A stretch of DNA of 63,987 nt, filler included, from Platydemus manokwari (taxonomy: Eukaryota): NCBI GenBank assembly GCA_037951405.1. It is 5 parts of 5 records of this genome, joined end to end, with 100 filler letters (N's around TTAATTAATTAA, not from the genome) between each part and the next. Parts side by side here need not be neighbours in the genome. Positions count along the whole stretch, not along the records: positions 22,008 to 32,098 come from JBBMOY011170767.1; positions 32,199 to 54,890 come from JBBMOY011211432.1; 3 more parts are not named here. The stretch is one strand, 5' to 3'. Both the position numbers and the translations under genes were made by a program. Below the pieces are notes generated by a model. The model was not told where the DNA came from and did not search any database. It was given only the letters and a program-made list of their open reading frames with translations. Shown one piece after another: positions 26,413 to 39,035 of this stretch. How positions within the stretch are numbered: position 1 is the first letter of the stretch; every line of letters begins with the position of its first letter.

Positions 26413-26762
26413 AAAATGGTGAACAATTTCGTGAGATATTTAGCAGGAGGAAACTGTAACGATTATAAACAATGCCTTTATCCAATTGAAAGCTCCTGGA
26501 GTCATAAGAGAAAAAGGCATCAATTTTTGGAATTACTAGTGTTTCGAAATTTAATTTTAAGGATTTGTCAAATAAACTAGTTAATTTTTAGTGGCACTTT
26601 ATAGTTAGTGGAACATTTTATAATCGAGTTGTTAACCATAAATTACAACCATTGGTTAATCTTTACGGCATTTGTAAAACAAGGAAAAAGATTTTTAAGA
26701 CCTGGTTAATTCGAGATAATATTTGTAAATCTCAAACGGATACTTTTGAGGAACATTGTTGA
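26413..26762 (+). pseudogene. Truncated pseudogene copy of the PAN-protein C-terminal region
   Basis: Matches NNFVRYLxGGNC...RDNICK...EEHC* of both paralogues. It has a 1-nt deletion (catcaatttttgg) and an in-frame TAG (ttt tag tgg), and no exon 1 is visible. Confidence 0.85.
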
Positions 26763-27879
26763 TCGAAACTTTCTTTGATTGCAGTAAAATTTGAAACTGG
26801 CATGCAATTGTTTTTTGGTAAAACTCGAATAAGTTTTAGAAAAAGATTTAGAAGATTACATGAAATAAGAAATTTCAAATAAAAAGAAATTATTAACTAT
26901 TTTGGGTAATTCGTATTTTATGAATACACCAAATTATATAATTATAAATTATATTTTATTAAGAAATTATTAATTTGTGATTTAAATTTATATATTAACA
27001 TTATCATGATTATTAAATGATTATTAAATTATTAGAACATTATATTCATTAACAAAATACTTTATTTTCCTTCGAAATGCTTAAAATGTTTTTATATATA
27101 ATCTGGAAAAATGTTTAACTTCAATAAGAATTTGAAATTTAAAATCAAATCAAATATAAATTATTCAACATATAAGCTACTGACAATAATAAATAATAAA
27201 TTAAAAAAATTATTGTTAACTTATTTAGATAATAAATTGAATAAAAGATTAAGGAAAATAAGATACTTGTACAACAATATTATTTGATATGATTCCAGAT
27301 AAATCATTGAATTAAAGTAAAGATCAAGAAAGATTCAGTCAACCAAATAACCATAAAAAATTATAAATGTTAATTAGGAAGTATTGTGCTAATATTCATT
27401 CTAATGACTGGCACATTAGTTCAGGATATTTATTTCTAACAATTAAGATGGATTTCGTGATTTACTTTAACTAAATTAAAACACATTGCATTTCTCACAA
27501 TAGTTTTTTCATGGGATATCTCTATACATATCCTACAACATGACACCTTTATTATTAATATCTCTTTTGATTCGGCCATTCATAAGTCTCGACAAAGATA
27601 TAAAAGTAAAAACAGGAATTTCTCTTATAAAAATGAAATATTTTCCACATTTCGTTAAAGGACACAATTGCATAAAATCACTCTTATTCTGGAACATTGC
27701 AATCCAGTATGCCTATCTATATAATATCATGAAATGATAATTTATAAAAATAATTTTAATTAATATTTTATAAAAATAAACATCAAAATCAATGATGCGA
27801 TCATATTTATTATCATCAGCAACACGAAATAAAATTGCATGTCAGTTTCAAATTTTACTGTCATCACATAAAGGTTCGA

Positions 27880-28790
27880 TCAACAATGTTGCTCAATAAT
27901 ATCCGTTCGAGTTTTACAAATATTATCTCGAATAAGCCAATCCGTAGAACCCTTTTTTTTCATTATACAAATGCCGTAGAGATTAACAAGGCGTTGTAAT
28001 TCGAGGTTAATAGCCCGATTATAAAATGTTCCACTAACGATAAAGTGCAACCTATTATTCATTATTTTATTTGACAAATCCTTAAAATTTATTTTCGATA
28101 GACTCGTAATTCCAAAAACCTGATTTCTTTTGCTTTTATGACTATAGAAGCTCTCAATTGGATGATAACATTTTTTATAATTGGTACAGTTTCCTCCTGT
28201 TAAATATCTCACGAAATTGTTAGCCATTTTATCAATTTTAAAATTATTTGAAAATAAATTGCTTAAAAGATCGAATTTAGGATACACAATCAATTTACTT
28301 GCATTATAAGTTCCAATTGCAAGAATAATTTTGTTGTCTTTTCCAAAACAAATCGGTATTGCTTGTGTTGCATTGATAATATTGAATACCGACGGATCAC
28401 CAGTATCATATTTGTAATTTATATGATTAAGTAATTGAAAAGCAACACTTGTCGAATTTCCTTCAAACTGAAAACAAAACACCGTCAATATTAACTAACA
28501 CATCTACTTCAATTTACCATATTATTATATCGATTATTGATAAATATTGTTACATTCGAACACTTTGTATTGGATTGGCATAGCTCATCAAACTCGTATA
28601 AACTACACATCGATCGATTCACATCATAATTAAACGCTTTACATTGGTTGACTTCACATTTGATTGCGCATTGTATGTGCGAGTCCAATTGTATTGATTC
28701 TAATCGATCATAAACACAGCTTTTTGTTTTAATGTAAAAGTTATCAGAATCGACACCAATTATCGAGTAGCAGAGAAATAAGAGTACCAT
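27880..28790 (-). CDS. Secreted PAN/apple-domain protein, paralogue B (286 aa); exons 28790-28518 and 28467-27880
   Basis: Same structure as paralogue A: MVLLFLCYSIIGVDSDNFY...QCAIKCEVNQCKAFNYD...CSLYE, with a 50-nt GT-AG intron at the identical position (NNM|FEGNS). The 3' flank is also conserved. Confidence 0.8.
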
Positions 28791-31700
28791 CTCAAGAATA
28801 ATTTAAATGAAATAAAAATCCAATTAATTGATGAAATATATTTATGTGTCTTTCTTTCATTGGTTAGTGAGTATCTTCTTACTAACAAAAAATATTTTCC
28901 TATCTCTCAATCTCAACAACAGTAAATATCCTTGAAAAACACTGTAAATTTTATGAAAATAAATCTTTGAATGAACTACTGATAATTATTGTTGATGAAT
29001 TATATATTTTGGGTATCACTATAATTCTAATTATAAATTATATTTTAATAATTAAATAATGATTATCATTGAAAATTTTAACGTGAATATTATAATTTTA
29101 AAATGATGATGATAATTTTTAAAATCTGAATATATGCGCTTCTATAATATTTTTTGTTTTTTTTTTAAAATTGCAGTTAAATTTATAATTTTTCGATTTA
29201 TAAAATACGGGCTCACAAAAATGAATATAAATTTATTTTAAAATAATTTTAATAATAAAATACTTTCATGCTCAAGTAACACCGATGTTCGATGATTTCG
29301 AAATAGAAAATATCTTAAATCAAGCTTCGAAATTTACAAATAATGTACCTCTACATCTTGAATTGATTTAATTACAGTTTCGAAAAGGTTGAGCATTGAT
29401 TATCTAATTTATTTTCATATAGAGAATATTTTATAAATTGTCTTCCAAAGATCGATATGTACATAGTTCATTTACATTTTCAAATGTTATAAAAGATTTA
29501 AATAAAACTGATAGTTAGTAACTAAGGAAGTTACATGAGTTTCATCAAATCAAGTGTTAAGTGGCAGCAGCATTCAAACCGCGCAAACAGCAAATATAAG
29601 TCCAAATTTTCAAAAAAACAATTCAATTCAAATGTTAGGACTTATCCAACAATTCAGTTCCACACTGTCTACCATTTGGACGATTATAATGAATAGTATT
29701 TACAATATTGTTGTCTACTTGGCGCGATACAACTTGCTGTATGATTTTAATCATCTGCCTTGATTCATTGACAAATTAACAGCTTTTTTAAAATTTATTT
29801 TGCTACATTTTTATTGATAATTTTCTTTGGAAGAAATAAATAATTATCATGTTGCGTGAAATCAAAAAAGGATGATTTATACGCAATAATTAAATGATGA
29901 ATAATAATGTAATAATAATGAGCAAATGAAATAATACGAAATTGCAATTAGACAATAATAAAGAAAAATAAACATTTATTGATAATTTAACTTGAGTGCG
30001 TTTCTAACTATAGCGATTGTTCGAATAAATTTTCTGTAAATTAACAGAGGTCTCTGGAGAATTTTCTAATTAATATGATTGTTAATCAATTTACAACCAG
30101 TCTCAGGCAGTCTAATCTATAAATCAATTATTCCCAAAATCAGATTTCCAAATTTCGGTATTGACCATCACTTGTAATCGAGCAATATATTAAAGTCCTT
30201 TAAGACCAATAAAATGAAATCTTCAAATCGAAAATGAAATATATATGTATCATCTGACGGCTTAGTATAGCCAGTAGGTAACCTTCTATTGGATTATTGT
30301 CTAAAAGCTAACTAAATTACTATGTGAAAAAACTCATTATTATCATTTTTATTATTATTATAGTTGTTGTAATTATTTGTATTATTCATTAATATTATTA
30401 TAATTCATTGATACAATATTTTTTCATTGGTTTCACAAAATGCTGAAATCTCAGATAAAAACAGAACTAAACTATTGATTGAAATGATGTTTTATTTTTA
30501 ACAATAACATATTTTAGAAAAATAAAATGAGCTTTCAATAAATAAATGCAAATTGTTTATGTGGAAATTATTGAGAAATATATATTTGGCAAAAACTGTA
30601 CCTGGATTTTGTTTTTCTGCATTAATTCAACAATCGCTACATGAAAATATGTGATGAAATATTTGAGAACAAAAGAAAATTTACGTCCAACATTTCGGCC
30701 AAGAGATTCAATTGTCCAACAATTTTGAAATCTCATTGCCAAATGAAACAATTATAATGTTTCTTGTTGAAACTGGAAACATGTTGCTGTAACCCATTTA
30801 ATACAATGGAATAACATAAATTCGATGTTTACAAACCTCAATTGTTACTCAGCAGGTGTATTTCTGCTTTTAAAAATCCACAATAAAATCTTTCACAGGT
30901 ATCTTTCAAATTTATCATTTCTAGTTTGCCGATAACAATTCCCGTTCCTTTTATTGTAAAATGTTTATTAAACGGTAGTTCATTCATCTGATATTTAGAC
31001 TGATATGTGTTTCTGATAAATAAATCTCATTTATAGTACAAGAGTTTTTTAGTTATTCTTTAATTAGATTATCTATACGTATTGCAATGATAAAACAGAT
31101 AATGAATAAATATCTGAGACATTTGATATAAACTTCCAATGATAAATCAATAATATGGATCGTCTTATATTTGTCTTATATTTTCTACAAATTTCATATT
31201 ATTTTGTCATAAACTAAAAATTACTTTCAATTATTCTTTGATATTTTACTGTTATCTGTTAAGTGATTATTTGAGTTCAATTAATTTGCCTTCTTTATCT
31301 TCGTATCAACAGTAGCATTTATGTTACCCTGTCAGTGAACAAGGCAATAAACAGTCTTGTGTATGGTTTATTCAAAAATAAAACAACCAACCAATTCCAT
31401 GAGTTTATCATGGCATATTATTATCTTTTACAGCAGTTATTTTTTGGAACTTATCTTTGTTTGATCATATTAACAGCAAAATCCAACATCAGTTAAAACA
31501 ATTACATCAGGTATTGAAAGAAATTGACACAGAGACAAAATGAAGCTTATTAAAAATAATGGATTATAAAATATTGTCTTTATTTATTAAATGGGATAAA
31601 CGGCATATGTGTTATTTATGGAAAAATTGGTTGGAATCGTTTGCTCATAGCATCAACTAAAATGCTACTAAAGTATTAAATCTTTATAATATGTTATTAT

Positions 31701-31959
31701 AAAGCAATTTCGACAATCAGTGACCATCAACCAAACATATAAAATAATTGGAAAATAAATGAAAGAATAAATTTCAAGGAAAATAATGAGTCTGAAATAT
31801 TTAATATTTGATGAACAAACATATACAGAAAAAAGCTTTATATGCAGAACACACAAGTTAGAATACTTTAAAAGTTACTATCAGAGAATATATTGAAAAA
31901 TATAAATATTCTGAATATCGTGAGTTTGATCTTTATTCTTGGCAGCAGTGTCTATTACA

Positions 31960-32098
31960 AGAGGAAGAAGAAGCATTCACAGATGTATCAAAAAGCGGAG
32001 GTAAGCAGTGGAGTGCAACGCTACACATATTGAAATGTTATGGGATTCTGGTGCATCAATAACAGTAATGAACGAGAGCAATTGGAAGCGCATTGGAG
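31960..32098 (+). mobile_element. LTR-retrotransposon aspartic protease remnant (Gypsy-like)
   Basis: 32029-32097 reads IEMLWDSGASITVMNESNWKRIG, the retropepsin D[ST]GA motif. It is truncated by the gap. Confidence 0.7.
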
Positions 32099-32198
32099 NN
32101 NNNNNNNNNNNNNNNNNNNNNNNNNNNNNNNNNNNNNNNNNNTTAATTAATTAANNNNNNNNNNNNNNNNNNNNNNNNNNNNNNNNNNNNNNNNNNNN
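32099..32198. other. Artificial contig-joining linker
   Basis: N run containing TTAATTAATTAA at 32143-32154; total 100 nt. Confidence 0.95.
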
Positions 32199-33217
32199 CG
32201 AAATGTAGCGATAATTTTTGTATTTTTTTTATTCCAATGTGAATTCTGAAAATAAATAATTTATATGATTGTTATGATTATGTAATAAATATATTGATAT
32301 TTTAAAATCATATTTTTCTAAATATAGTAACAATTAATAGAATGGCTGGAATAAATAAACCTTAAGGGAATTTATTGTCATAATATTCAACAAATATATT
32401 GGATATTTATAATATTGCATCGAGATATATTTTATTCGGAATTATTATAAGTGCCGGCATAGAAAAAGTATAAATAGTAGTTGAGAATATCACAACTGGT
32501 CCATTATTTACTAAGAAACCACTAGAGAAGATTACGTGAAGCCAGTTATCTGAAAACAGAAGTCATACGTATTTGCCATAGAAGCCTTCAAGATATTCAA
32601 TTCGTTCTCCAGCATCAGCCATTATATTGATCTATTGTTCAAATCAAAGTGAGTTAGATGAATACCGTAAAATCTCAATCAATACTATCTATTGCATAGT
32701 ATATCATCCTATTATAGAATTTTATCTCACAAAAATCGGCTTTTCGAGTTGAAGTTTGTAACCGTCGCTTTTTTCCAGAATTTGTAAGGTCGTCGTTTAG
32801 ATTTAATTAGAGTGGTATTCCAGAAATATTTCATTATTTTTAAATCAACTTGATAGTTAACTCATGAATTAGTTATTTTCTCATATGTTTATATCGTGGT
32901 TTCTTCAATAAATTTCGACATTATTATTTTAATAATAATGCCAAAATTAATTTCATTCATAAAATATTGATTTTTCTATCCAAATTAATTATGTGAATTT
33001 TAAAAAGTTACTAAGTCATACGGCAATTTTAATAAGCAATTACGCAATCATTTGTATTTATTATGATTCTGCTTTGTACATTACTGCTAAATGGATCTAA
33101 TTAAATTGTGTTTTAATAATTGATTTTGAAAGTTTCTATTTGATTTTATTTGAATTTATTATTATTGTTAATTTGATTAAGTGATTATTATTAACATATC
33201 GTTATTTACAAATATTA

Positions 33218-33574
33218 ATGCTTGGAGATTTTGATTATAATTTATCATTACAAACCTCAATAACGGGAGTTGTATCATCACCTTTGTACGACGGTTGTAT
33301 ATTTGATGGGCAGCAAGAAACCCCAACAAAAAATTACAAAGTTAAAGTCCAGATACAGGCATAATATTGGCTATTTTATAAAACTATTATAATCATTAGA
33401 TTTCAGAATGTCGATTTAAAAAATCAGTTAATATCTGGATATATACACATTGCCAATTTTAATTCTGATAAGTCAAGCTTAACCACTTATTTTGAAGGTG
33501 AATTTATATCAGAAGTCCATCCATTTCTTACAAATAAATGGGGTGCTGACAGAAATATAGATAGCGACCATTGG
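33218..33574 (+). CDS. GID4: GID4 (Vid24) GID/CTLH E3 ligase Pro/N-degron receptor, 5' exons 33218-33358 and 33407-33574; 3' exons not found
   Basis: Spliced translation ...GVVSSPLYDGCIFDGQQETPTKNYKVKVQIQ|NVDLKNQLISGYIHIANF...LTTYFEGEFISEVHPFLTNKWGADRNIDSDHW|gtaaga. It aligns with human GID4 as recalled ([60 protein letters not shown]). It is absent from the ORF track. Confidence 0.85.
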
Positions 33575-34883
33575 GTAAGAAGTATTATATTTTTGATATA
33601 ATACAAGCTAGTTTTATTTGATCACAAAGATCCATTTAATTATTGAATGTTTTATTTTGTTCTTTACAAATCTTTAACTCGACATTATTAACATTAATGG
33701 AAGCTTTATTATTTTATTTTTAATGAAATAGGATATATTTCCGCTTTAAAGTTTGAACCTTCAAGATCGATTTGATTTCTGCAATATTTATATCTGTTAT
33801 CCTACATCAAATATTGTTCAAGGTCATTTTTTAATGATGTCGGGCGCATATGATCCGAGATATTTCATTAAATGTTATCAATATTATTCTTGGAATTATG
33901 TGTTAATCTCTCACTGAACGTCACTCATTTAACATTATGTAATAAAGTTTTAAATATTTGTAATTAAATTTTCTCTTGAAATTGAGATAACATTAAGTAA
34001 TATCGAACGATATTTCCCAATTTGAAAATATTACAATATAATATTGGATCCTGATCATTTGAACCCTCAATACTTAATGATAATACATAATAGACCGATA
34101 TTCATGGTTCAATATCCAAAAACCTATTGTCAATATTATGTTGTATAACAAATTAATTATCAAAATAGTAGAATTATCTACATGCTAGAGTAGGTTTTAA
34201 AAAAATTAGTTTCATTAGTGTGTGTCCTACGTTCTGTATGTCATTGATAATGGAATCTGTTTACTTTATTTTCATTGCTATCCATTTATTAGTTCAGACT
34301 ATTTTTTATGTCTTTGCCAACTAGTTTATTTCTGGCTATAAATATTGTCTTTACTTCATTTTAAACTTCTAGCGATTTTCAAAACGAGATACTTTGATAC
34401 ATGATCTTTTTCCGAAAAATATCCAATTTAATTCAAAAACGATAAAATTTATCAAGATTTTTTGTTTAAATTTGAAAAATTCGATCTATTTGATAAACAT
34501 TGAACCGATAACTGGTTTAGCATTTAATCCAACTTATTAACTTTTCGGGTTTTTCTTTAATTATAGTTTTCATCAATTATCTTGAATAATCAATAATCTT
34601 CAGAAATTCCGCAATTACTATTCAAATTCTTGAATTGTGAAAATCTGTTTGTAACCTTTTGATAACATAAAATATTTTAGAAAAATCAAAATACAAGCAT
34701 CTCTATTAAAATGAGTACATGATTATTTCAAGGTCAAACATGTTTGACGAAATCAAAATATATTATTGTCCTTTAATATCAGATTATCAATTGTTACTGT
34801 TATAAAAATTGAAATAAATAACCTGAATAATATCATTTCATAAATCGCATAATAAATGTTGAAAATAGGTTTATTCAAAACAA

Positions 34884-35575
34884 TTACGCAGCAATTTGAA
34901 CGTCTGGCAAATTGGTGATTCCTTCAGTATCGATCATTTTAATTTTAAAAGTGCTGAGATTGTAAACAAATCTCTTTTGAATTTCATGAATACAATCATG
35001 TAAAAGTTCTACAGCATCGTCTTTCTTCATTGAAGGATCATATTTTCTATCGAGAACACTCAAGCTCATATAACTACCATAACCATGAATTGCAAATGGA
35101 ACTTGGACAAGTGCACCTAAATAATCCATGAAAAATAATTTTGCTTCAGATGATTTATCCATTCCAGCAAGTAATAGATTAACGTTGTACGGATTCTGTA
35201 ATGTAACAAATATTCATTTTAAGCCGACATAAGATATATACTCTTGTTCTAAGACTTTCGGCTATTTGTCTTCGAGTAAAATGCGCAGCTTCATCTGGTG
35301 ACATATCATAACCATGTCTCAGTTTATATAACTGGGCATTTTGTGAAATAAATTCTGCGAAATTTACGGCAGTTCCAAATTCACCGCAGACAGCCAAGGC
35401 CAATTTTTCAGATAATCCATAGATTTTATCAGCATCTGTTAAATTTATTTATCTAGCAAATCTTTTTATTTCATAATTTATTACCTTTTTTCATAGAAAT
35501 TATAGATCTTCCGGCATTACCGTCAGATGCCAGTAAAATAAAATCATTAAATTGTATTCCTATTAAGCATTCCAT
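34884..35575 (-). CDS. PSMB2: 20S proteasome subunit beta type-2 (beta4), 198 aa; exons 35575-35485, 35435-35242, 35195-34884
   Basis: MECLIGIQFNDFILLASD...SIISMKKDADKI...GEFGTAVNFAEFISQNAQLYKLRHGYDMSP..AAHFTRR..AESLR..NPYNVNLLLAG..LFFMDYLGA..PFAIHGYG..EIQKRF. Both GT-AG introns (49 and 46 nt) keep the frame. Confidence 0.95.
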
Positions 35576-36990
35576 TATTATTAGTAAATTATTTAGCTAT
35601 ATTAGAATTGGATCTCAAAGAACCGATTATTTAAACAAATTGCAAACATTTTAAAATTCGTTTCTACAAATAACTTATTTGAAAGTAGAATTAACAAATC
35701 ACATGAAAGAGTGATCATTAATGGAGTAGTTATTCAATAAAATTACTTTTTAATTTTTATCAATTTATTCCGATATTTATATTTAATTTAAAAAGTTCTA
35801 ATTTTTATAATTTGCAATTACATATAAGAAAGTATTTTTTGTGAAATTTTAAAAATTTTAATTAATTTACTTATTTAAAAAAATAATTTGATAAATTACT
35901 TTAAAGTTCTAATTTTTATAATTTGTTAAATATAATCCCTCTTTATTGATTACATATTAATTTTTCACAATATTCATGAAATCGTTAATCTTTTACTCTG
36001 GGAATATAAATCTATACTTTAATTGTTTGGTCACGAATATTTCAAAATAGGAAAATTCAACATAAATAATGTTATTATTTATTTGTAAATTTATTTTTTT
36101 GCTAATGCTTGCCGGGATTTGGTTAATATTTCTTCACTTAATTTACATTTGACGAAAATCTATTTGTCATTTGCTATAGATTACTTGAAATTTACATCAA
36201 TTCATATTAAAAATTCATTGGTTTGGAAATTTTTATAATTAAGTTTTTTATTAAATTTGAATTGATGGAGCAATGAAATTTTAAAGAATAATTACAATTT
36301 TTAATATACATTTTAACTTTGGCTATTTTAGTTTTATTGAATATGACTAGTAACATAGGCATCGCGTAATTTTATTATGCGATTTAAATGGGATGATTAT
36401 TAGGTTATTATTAACCATGACAGATTACTTATAATATACAAGTTTACTTTTGTTTGTAATGCTTTAAGTCAGTAATGGATGGATGAATTCCATAAATTAT
36501 ATGAACCGTAACACATTAATTAAACTGTATTATAAATAATATAAAATATTTATGAATAACGAATTGAACAAGATAGTTCTGTAATTTTCAACTCAATGGC
36601 CTACGATAATGGGAATTTATAAATATTTAGTTCATGCCAATGTGGTTGTTTGCCCTAATGTATACTGAACATTTAATGATGGTACCCTGCTCTGGAAAAC
36701 ATATGTTCGAGAAATATTTGAACATCATAAAACTAGTAAATGTGTGTCGAACTTTGCTGATGTGTTACTGTTCGATTAATCTCGTAAGTAAATGAAGATG
36801 AAAAATTGTCTAAATTTGTGCTTAGCAAAATGATGAAAATATCAAACAAACATCAACATGATGATATTTTTTATATAATATAAAATTAATAAATGACCAT
36901 TGAGACAGTCTGATAATGACAACAGAGTTTAATCCATTTTCAATAATAAATCAAATTAAGTCAATAAGTTGCTCTTTTAAAGTTCATAAG

Positions 36991-37440
36991 CCAGAGGGTT
37001 TGTTGGAGACGTACCCCTCGGAAACAATCCTCTGGATCAAGGAGCCATTGTGCAATAATTAAACTGTTTTATGCAGAAAAAAGCATTTATTTTTAAAAAT
37101 GAAATAAAAGTATTTATGTTCAGACTATTGTACATGTTTGTTGATGAAATGAAAACAAAATTTGTTCATGTTTGAATAGACTAAATTTATTCTAATCAAA
37201 AACTCAGTGGGAAATTTGAGCCTGGTGTTTCTTACATAATTCTTTTGGATTCAGTTATATTTTTGACACACAACACATGATATTCATCTTCCACGGACAG
37301 CGATTGTGCGCGTTTCTTGTTTATGATGGTTGTCAAAGCTGAAAATCAAAATTTACACAAATAAGAGATTAAAAATTTCACAAGAAGTCGTAGGGCTTTC
37401 TGGGCAATTGCAGGATATTCCTTTTCAACCAGCAACTAGA
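36991..37440 (-). mobile_element. hAT (Buster/Charlie-like) transposase C-terminal remnant
   Basis: Minus strand reads LLVEKEYPAIAQKALRLLVKFLISYLCKF*FSALTTIINKKRAQ, matching the hAT dimerisation motif EYP.IA.KAL..L.PF.TSYLCE.GFS. Downstream is a ccagagg...gtacccc...cctctgg inverted repeat. Confidence 0.65.
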
Positions 37441-38488
37441 ATATATAAAAGCAAACCTAATAGTGGTAGCGAATTATGTTAAATTTGGTATATTTAAATA
37501 ATAAATAATAAAAAAATAATAATGATATAATAATAAAAAAGTAGATTTTCGAAATTGAATTTAACATGCTGTTTATTTGTTCGTTCAGATTTAGAAATTT
37601 AGAAATTGCGGAACCCAGGTTGGAAATCACTGTCACAAACAAGTGCTTATTCTAAAAGAATTAGTTAGATTTGAGCTAAATTATTAATTTACAAAACAAA
37701 AATCTGTTTTATCGAATTATTATGTCAAATTTTGTAAAGCTAGTCTGTCGTTTAATCAAAATTAAGATCGGTGTGTGTCAAACAGTTCCATTTCTCAGAT
37801 ATTCTATGTAAATGCAATAATCAATAATAAAGTTTCACATTATATTCCCGTGAATTTGTTTTGTTTTCTCTTGTTTATTATTAATAATCGATTAAATAAA
37901 ATTAAATCTCTCAAGCATATTTAATTATTATTATTCGAGCATTTTTTATCAAAATTTAATATCATTTTCAAGAAATGCAGTTATAATAGCTGATAAAAAC
38001 CATTACAATATGAGCCTTAATTATAAACCAATTAAGTTAGAGCATACTCAGTAAACAAGACATATTGAACTCTTAAATAGTTTTTGTTAATGAAATCAAA
38101 GTTAGGATCAATTCAATAATTATGAAAAATTAATTCATATTTGATGCCATATTTATTGTTTCTTTTTTAGATTATTTTTATTTTGATTTAATTATTATAA
38201 AATTAATAATAATAAAAAATTTCGGCTATAATACCTTTAAAAATTCCATGAGAAATAAAAATCTTTTAGTACCAACAACTCAGATTGAAAATTCTGAAAA
38301 TAAATATCCACCATTGTGAGTACGAACTCACACTCTATTTAATATAAACCGAAATTTGAAAGCAATATTTATTGTTGCAGTTTAGTGGCTCTTATTAATT
38401 CCATGTCACCAATATATTTACAAAATTTCATACATTAATTTTCCTAATCTATTATCATTATTTTTTTAAAATGATCCACAAATTATTT

Positions 38489-39035
38489 GGCTAAAGTTCA
38501 AGAAAGGGTCCTAAAATGAAATTTTAAAATTGTTGAGTGTATTACAAAATTCTTTTAAAAAAGTTTGAATTTTTGATTAAATTAATTAAGAAAAGTTTTA
38601 GTTGTTTGAAATCAAACATTAAACAGATTAGAGCTTAAAAATCTCCTAAAATTTGATTATTTGAAAAATGAAAAAAGTAGGTCGAGTTGCAATTTATTGA
38701 AATTTGCGAAAACCCATTTTTTAACATTAGAAGCAAATTGAGAGATATTCTCATTTTTTACAATTATTTTATAAAAATAACCAATGATATTATTAAACTT
38801 TTCTGTAGTTGATTAACTCGATTTATAATTATAAAAATTTAAAAACTAAAATAAGTGTTGTGATCAGAATTGAAACTCGGATTTTAAACCATCTTTTGTC
38901 TAATGAGACATCTTAAAAAATGAGATATTAATTGAATTACACGAATAAATCAAATAGCAGTTATATATAAAATTAAGTTATAAAATTATTTCGTGTGCGA
39001 AAGTAGGCATGAGGACCCCTTTTCTTAACTTAGCC
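38489..39035. mobile_element. MITE-like element, copy 2
   Basis: ggctaaagttcaagaaagggtcc ... ggaccccttttcttaacttagcc TIRs; interior colinear with 9100-9660. Confidence 0.75.

Noticed and set aside
12630-35575. TIR gene, PAN genes and GID4/PSMB2 as one immune/proteostasis cluster
   Set aside because: They lie on three contigs separated by artificial linkers, and eukaryotic adjacency alone does not imply shared function.
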